Below, one piece after another: positions 27,644 to 32,000 of a DNA stretch of 32,000 bases. Under the pieces are notes generated by a model. The model was not told the DNA's origin and searched no databases. It saw only the letters and a program-made list of their open reading frames with translations. This DNA is from Candidatus Nitrosopumilus koreensis AR1. Its GTDB lineage: Archaea > Thermoproteota > Nitrososphaeria > Nitrososphaerales > Nitrosopumilaceae. Location of the stretch: the NCBI RefSeq assembly GCF_000299365.1, contig NC_018655.1, positions 630,001 through 662,000 of the forward strand, written 5' to 3'. A program made the position numbers and the translations under genes. Positions within the stretch are counted from its first letter, which is position 1. Each line of letters starts with the position of its first letter.

Positions 27644-27940
27644 TTAGGGGAAAATCTTATTCAATTCTGGGCTTTCCTCAATCTGTTTTTCTAGATTCAC
27701 ACACATATCACGATTAAAATCAGGATATTTCCAACAAAACTCTCTTGCCTCTTGGATGTATTCTAGTTCGCATTTGATCCATTCATCTCCTGATGCTCGC
27801 AAAATTTGGCATTCAGTATGACCAGTAGATAGTCTCTCTGCCCATTGTTGTTTTTGATATTCCTCATTGGCAATATATGCAATAATTGCAATTAGAAGTA
27901 TTCCTCCAACAACCCCAAGAATAACTTGAATTCGATTCAC
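27644..27940 (-). CDS. N-terminally anchored small protein
   Basis: 98 aa with the TM helix ILGVVGGILLIAIIAYI, then a Cys-containing soluble part. GTG start. Preceded by motif copy 3. Confidence 0.55.
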   Translation of the reverse strand: MNRIQVILGVVGGILLIAIIAYIANEEYQKQQWAERLSTGHTECQILRASGDEWIKCELEYIQEAREFCWKYPDFNRDMCVNLEKQIEESPELNKIFP

Positions 27941-27955
27941 AATCTCATTTGTTTA

Positions 27956-27975
27956 GTATGAACTTAAGCATATTG
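27956..27975 (-). promoter_or_regulatory. repeated promoter-like motif, copy 3 (in divergent intergenic region)
   Basis: gtatgaacttaagcatattg, 15 nt upstream of the start at 27940. Also 35 nt upstream of the plus-strand gene at 28011. Confidence 0.55.
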
Positions 27976-28010
27976 GCAAAGGAAATAAACTGGCAATCTA
28001 TGATCATATT

Positions 28011-28808
28011 ATGAAATTTGTACTATTGTTAATTTTGATAGGGATGATTACTCCTGTATTTGCACAAGAATCATCTTTTGATGAACAATTAATGAATAGT
28101 ACAGAATATTCGAAAATCATAGATAGGTTATACCTCCTTGAAAATGAAAATAAACAACTTGAAAATTTAATTCATAATTTTGATGATGGAATTTCTTCAA
28201 AATTATCTAAAATTGATGAATCTTTAATTCAATCTGGAGATGTTGCAAACAAATCCCTTTGGTTGGGACTCTATATTTCCATGGTATTTGCAGGAATTGC
28301 CATTGCAGCAACAATAATTTATTCTATAAAATTAGGATCTCAAACCAAATTAATTGAAACTGATATCAAAACACGGATCAGACCAATTTTAAGTCGAAAA
28401 GAATTACGAAAAAAAATTACTAATTCAACAGAACAACACGTAGGTGAATTACACACACTTTCTAAACAAAAAGCTCTATTTCATTTTCAGAATACAGGTA
28501 CATTGCCTGCGGTAAATATATCTCGGAATTATTATGCTGAGATTAGAGAAACACCTTCCAATGAAATCAAACTAGATCCTACAAAATATGTGGATGCCTT
28601 CAAAATGGCCTCATTGGCCCCAAATGAATACTATAGTACAGATATTTTTTGGCTTGATCCATGTTTTGATGATGCAGTGGATAAAAATACATGTTATTTT
28701 GGATTGATAATTTGGTATCATGATTCAAAAGGTACAAGATATCACTATCACATAGAAGGATATTTTGACAAAGGAGAAATGATGTTAAATCACGTAGATA
28801 TGGATTAA
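28011..28808 (+). CDS. membrane protein with signal peptide, coiled-coil-like segment and one TM helix
   Basis: N-terminus MKFVLLLILIGMITPVFAQE and mid-protein TM helix LWLGLYISMVFAGIAIAATIIY. No motif recognised. Confidence 0.6.
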   Translation: MKFVLLLILIGMITPVFAQESSFDEQLMNSTEYSKIIDRLYLLENENKQLENLIHNFDDGISSKLSKIDESLIQSGDVANKSLWLGLYISMVFAGIAIAATIIYSIKLGSQTKLIETDIKTRIRPILSRKELRKKITNSTEQHVGELHTLSKQKALFHFQNTGTLPAVNISRNYYAEIRETPSNEIKLDPTKYVDAFKMASLAPNEYYSTDIFWLDPCFDDAVDKNTCYFGLIIWYHDSKGTRYHYHIEGYFDKGEMMLNHVDMD

Positions 28809-29071
28809 ACTTCACAATAAGGGCATTCGACTTCTTCTTTGTGTGATTTAACCAAACTTACAAACTGTGACAAACATTCAGTACAAACATACTTCAGTCT
28901 TTTTCTTTTCTGAGTCTTATAATACATTGCCATAATCCAATTCACTCTTTGAGTTCTAAAATTTCCTTCCTCATCATAATAGTAGATGTGCCATCGCTTC
29001 TTTGTGGATGTTTTGTGTCTGTGGTTTCCTCGATGTGTGTATGTTTTTGACACTGAAACAACTAGTTTCAT
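28805..29071 (-). CDS. small basic four-Cys protein
   Basis: 88 aa. CTEC ... CPYC at the C-terminus, Lys/Arg/His-rich. Co-directional with and downstream of the wHTH gene. Confidence 0.55.
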   Translation of the reverse strand: MKLVVSVSKTYTHRGNHRHKTSTKKRWHIYYYDEEGNFRTQRVNWIMAMYYKTQKRKRLKYVCTECLSQFVSLVKSHKEEVECPYCEV

Positions 29072-29115
29072 GCTACCTCTATGCTACTTCAAACTAATAA
29101 GAACAGATTATGATG

Positions 29116-29730
29116 TTATTTTTTAATTTTAAATTCAGGACGGTCAACATTTAATGAAAATTCTAATTTTCTACTTGATAATATCTGCATCATGACGGGA
29201 TAAACAATTTTGTAATCTTTGTCTTTTCTAACCAAATTAATGATTTTTCTAATTCTTTTTTTGAGTTTTATTCTTTCTTTTTTCAAAGATTCCTCACTAG
29301 GGTTCTCTAATGATTCCAATAAGGACAATTGAGAAATATTTTGTAATGCTAATTGTATTTGAAACAATGCTTCACCAGTTTTTTGCATTGTAGATAATTC
29401 AGAATATCTTTTTTCCAACATTTTTGTATCGTGCTCATCAAACATTGACCACACTAAAACAGATTTTCTCAAATCGTCTGGATTGATTTGCTCTTTTCCC
29501 TCATTAAATGAATACTGTGTTTGTCTCCCAACTTTATTTACAAATATCAGTCCTCTTGAAATTAGTGATTGTATTGCTCTTTGAGCAGTCTTTTTTGCCA
29601 TGTATTTTGGAACAGAAAGATCTAAAATTCCATTATGATGAATATCGGGATTTTTTTGTATAATTTCCAGTATTTTGAACTCGTATTGAGTCATTTCAGA
29701 AGAATTTGGTCGTAATTGTGCGTAATCCAT
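29116..29730 (-). CDS. winged-helix transcription regulator
   Basis: N-terminal EFKILEIIQKNPDIHHNGILDLSVPKYMAKKTAQRAIQSLISRGLIFVNKVGRQTQYSF is a MarR/wHTH-like pattern. C-terminal helical region. Confidence 0.65.
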   Translation of the reverse strand: MDYAQLRPNSSEMTQYEFKILEIIQKNPDIHHNGILDLSVPKYMAKKTAQRAIQSLISRGLIFVNKVGRQTQYSFNEGKEQINPDDLRKSVLVWSMFDEHDTKMLEKRYSELSTMQKTGEALFQIQLALQNISQLSLLESLENPSEESLKKERIKLKKRIRKIINLVRKDKDYKIVYPVMMQILSSRKLEFSLNVDRPEFKIKK

Positions 29731-29731
29731 A

Positions 29732-29755
29732 GTAGGTTAACCTACCACTGGTAGG
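29732..29755. promoter_or_regulatory. operator-like triple half-site GTAGG-ttaa-CCTAC-cactg-GTAGG
   Basis: Perfect 14-bp palindrome gtaggttaacctac (29732..29745), overlapping a second inverted pair cctac/gtagg (29741..29755). Starts 2 nt upstream of the wHTH start codon, in the divergent promoter region. Confidence 0.5.
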
Positions 29756-29785
29756 CTATACTTGCATTATAGTGTATAGTATGTT

Positions 29786-30019
29786 ATGACTTTGAAGAAA
29801 ATCAAACCCAAAGACATGATTTTAGAACCAGTAATTACTGACTTTGGAAACAGAAAGGTATCGCAACAGAATTTTTCAAAGATTGTTGCTCTGCCAAAGA
29901 CTGCATTGGATAACTGTGGCATAACCACAGATGTCAATGTAAAACTGGTTCAGTTTGATGGAGAAAAGTTTCTGACACTTTCTCCAGTAATTGAAAAAGG
30001 AGGTGATAAAACTGAGTGA
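29786..30019 (+). CDS. AbrB/MazE/SpoVT-like DNA-binding protein
   Basis: NFSKIVALPKTALDNCGITTDVNVKLVQFDGEKFLTLSPV resembles the looped-hinge-helix pattern (compare MazE [38 protein letters not shown], from memory). Confidence 0.5.
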   Translation: MTLKKIKPKDMILEPVITDFGNRKVSQQNFSKIVALPKTALDNCGITTDVNVKLVQFDGEKFLTLSPVIEKGGDKTE

Positions 30020-30346
30020 GACCCTCTATCCTCCATTTTTAAAATGGGGGCAGTACACATCTCAAGACTCTGAGAATCCTGACACCATAGAGCTCAAGGT
30101 TGCTGAAACCAATACCTTTGAGACAGAATTCTCAATCAATGTACTAGCATTGATTAAAGAAAAAAGACATGGAAAGAATACAACGTTAAACTGAAAAACC
30201 ATGATTCAGCAAATGCTTCTTTCCTAAACCAGTGGAACAGGATTGCAAAGTCACTTCACAAAGGAGACATACTGGTTCTCAAGACGTGGCTTGGAACATC
30301 AAAGAATGGAAGAAAAATCAGGAGGTACAGTCTAGAGAAACTCTAG
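29991..30346 (+). pseudogene. hypothetical gene in two frames joined at an A6 run
   Basis: Frame of 29991..30194 (track ORF) plus the frame of 30158..30346, which is 62 open codons (RKKTWKEYNVKLKNHDSANASFLNQWNRIAKSLHKGDILVLKTWLGTSKNGRKIRRYSLEKL) with no ATG/GTG/TTG. The switch is at A6 30160..30165. Confidence 0.45.
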
Positions 30347-30378
30347 ACTCTCCTTTTTTTGACAATAGTGATGGTATT

Positions 30379-30695
30379 ATGGCAGAAGACAAAGATAAAC
30401 TTTTGAAACAGTTAGACGCACTCAAGATTTTTCCAAACAACAAACTAGTAAGAGAATTAAAGAATCAAATTAAAACAAAATTAAAAAATTAGAAATTACA
30501 AAACCCATTCCACCAAAGAAAAATCCAAACCTTACACGCTCAAACAAACTAAAGCGATATCACAACTACATCAGGCAAATCAGAAACAACTTTCCAAATC
30601 TAAAATACAACCAGATAAGAAAACAGTTTGCAAAACGAAAGCGTGGCGATGACGTATCAATTCCTGATGCAGTATGGCAGAATCCGTCCCCGTAA
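30379..30695 (+). pseudogene. hypothetical gene upstream of polB in two frames joined at an A6 run
   Basis: ATG 30379 gives MAEDKDKLLKQLDALKIFPNNKLVRELKNQIKTKLKN*. From 30474 another frame is open for 73 codons to 30695 with no ATG/GTG/TTG (…LEITKPIPPKKNPNLTRSNKLKRYHNYIRQIRNNFPNLKYNQIRKQFAKRKRGDDVSIPDAVWQNPSP). The switch is at A6 30483..30488. Confidence 0.45.
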
Positions 30696-32000
30696 CTGAC
30701 TGCAAGAATCTGAGAAGAGTATTTACAAAAAAGCCTCAGAACAGAGATCCTGCAACATCGCACAAGAGAAGAGTCTATGCAATTGATACAGAAACCTATA
30801 ACGGCAACATCTTTCTGATTGCCGACTCTGATGGGAGATTCTTGGATAAAATCACGCCAAAATCATGCCTAGACTGGCTGTTTTGCAGAAAATATGAGGG
30901 TTCGTGGTGCTTTTTTTATCATCTCGGGTATGATGCAGAAGTAATTCTGAAACTTTTAGGCTCTGAACTATTCAAGTACAAAAATACTGGAAGACTGAAA
31001 TTCTCCTTTGAAAATTACACCATAGAGTATCATCCAAACAAGTGTCTGAAAATATCAAAGGGACATCACTCTGTGATATTTTATGACATTGCGCAATTCT
31101 ATCATGCAAAACTATCTGATGCATATCAAAACAATATCAGAAAACTACCTAAAGAGTATCTTGACATAAAGTCAAAAAGGAGTCAGTTCTCAATTACATT
31201 TTACAAAAGAAACACAAGAAAAATCAGAGATTACTGCATCACAGACTGCAAACTGACAAAAGAGTTGGCAGAGCACTGGATAAAATTATTCCATGATGCA
31301 TTTGGATTCTATCCTGCAAGATGGGTATCCTCTGGATATCTGGCAGAAAAAGTCTTGATCAACAACGGAATCAATTTCCCAAAGTTTGATGATGTTCCAT
31401 ATGATGTTCAGGAGATGGCGTTTTCATGTTACTATGGAGGACGATTTGAAATTACAAAGCGTGGATTTATTGGAACTGCTTACAAGTATGATATCAACTC
31501 TGCATATCCCCATTCCCTGACAAAGATTCCTGACCTGACCAAAGGACGATGGATTAAAAGAAAGTCAATTCACAAAGATGCAAAACTTGGATTCTTTAGG
31601 ATTATTGCAGACATTCCAGACTGCAAGTATATTCCACCGTTTCCGTTTCGTACCAATGGAATTATTATTTTTCCTAGTGGAAAGTTTGAAACGTATGTTA
31701 CATTACATGAACTAAAAGTTGCAGATTCAAAACATTACAAAATTTTGGATTCATATCAGTTCATTCCAAACGGCAAGCCAGTCTATCCTTTTGAGAAATT
31801 TGTTCATTCAATGTATGATAAAAGACTGGAACTAAAGAAAGACGGAAACCCATTGCAGTTGCCAATCAAGATAATTCTCAATTCAATCTATGGAAAGACT
31901 GGTCAGAAAGTCAATAGAATAATGGGAAATCTGTTCAATCCTGTGATTTTTGCAAGTATTACAGGCATGACTCGTGCCTGCCTGTATGACTTTGTGATGC
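30674..32000 (+). CDS. polB: family B DNA polymerase, protein-primed (phi29-like) type, 3' end beyond window
   Basis: Not in the ORF track because it has no stop in the window. My translation from ATG 30674 gives ExoI YAIDTET, ExoII FFYHLGYDAEVIL, ExoIII DYCITDCKL, motif A YDINSAYP and motif B KIILNSIYGKTG. 442 codons are open to the window edge. Confidence 0.92.
   Translation, partial: MAESVPVTDCKNLRRVFTKKPQNRDPATSHKRRVYAIDTETYNGNIFLIADSDGRFLDKITPKSCLDWLFCRKYEGSWCFFYHLGYDAEVILKLLGSELFKYKNTGRLKFSFENYTIEYHPNKCLKISKGHHSVIFYDIAQFYHAKLSDAYQNNIRKLPKEYLDIKSKRSQFSITFYKRNTRKIRDYCITDCKLTKELAEHWIKLFHDAFGFYPARWVSSGYLAEKVLINNGINFPKFDDVPYDVQEMAFSCYYGGRFEITKRGFIGTAYKYDINSAYPHSLTKIPDLTKGRWIKRKSIHKDAKLGFFRIIADIPDCKYIPPFPFRTNGIIIFPSGKFETYVTLHELKVADSKHYKILDSYQFIPNGKPVYPFEKFVHSMYDKRLELKKDGNPLQLPIKIILNSIYGKTGQKVNRIMGNLFNPVIFASITGMTRACLYDFVM

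Larger units (their letters stand above)
25313..32000. mobile_element. casposon-like element (left portion; right end beyond window)
   Basis: Solo Cas1 homolog plus phi29-like PolB, small regulators and ORFans, starting immediately after a conserved housekeeping gene. No cas2 or CRISPR array. The exact left boundary, TIR and TSD are not determinable from this window. Confidence 0.8.

Noticed and set aside
30232-30378. N-terminal part of track ORF 30232..30492 (GTG start)
   Set aside because: It overlaps for about 115 nt the more protein-like frame that ends at 30346. The ATG at 30379, just after that stop, is the more economical start. This is not certain.
30566-30763. 65-aa minus-strand ORF across the polB start
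   Set aside because: It is antisense to the polB N-terminus and to the upstream basic ORF, and it is Cys/Phe/Leu-rich. Spurious.

Overview
AT-rich archaeal chromosome. The gene content fits a Nitrosopumilus-like thaumarchaeon, which is an inference: archaeal EF-2 with the diphthamide-loop motif, two futalosine-type menaquinone genes, Fe/Mn SOD, Lrp/AsnC, TPR proteins, a PAC2 chaperone and many tiny Zn-binding proteins. Positions 1 to about 25.3 kb are ordinary, tightly packed host genes. Directly after the EF-2 stop codon (25312) the content changes and stays different to the right edge. That block holds membrane and four-Cys ORFans, a divergent wHTH / AbrB-like regulator pair, a stand-alone Cas1 homolog (25943..26986) and a compact phi29-like family B DNA polymerase (30674..>32000). 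There is no cas2, no other cas gene and no repeat-spacer array anywhere in the window. Solo Cas1 plus its own protein-primed-type PolB is the signature of a casposon, a self-synthesizing transposon. The class was described in 2014 and its thaumarchaeal family carries this polymerase type, so it is not new, but this copy's cargo and regulation look uncharacterised. Only the left part of the element is in the window, so terminal inverted repeats and the target-site duplication cannot be verified here. Other direct observations: (1) a 14-20 nt motif repeated at fixed spacing upstream of three consecutive casposon genes; (2) a GTAGG/CCTAC triple half-site operator between the two regulators; (3) three ORF pairs (one host Lrp/AsnC gene and two casposon genes, one abutting polB) whose frames switch exactly at A6-A7 runs, each restored by adding one A; (4) a secreted protein built almost entirely of about 25 xGxhxN hexapeptides; (5) several plausible genes shorter than the 60-aa ORF track, including a classical C2H2 zinc finger. 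No rRNA, tRNA or CRISPR array was seen.
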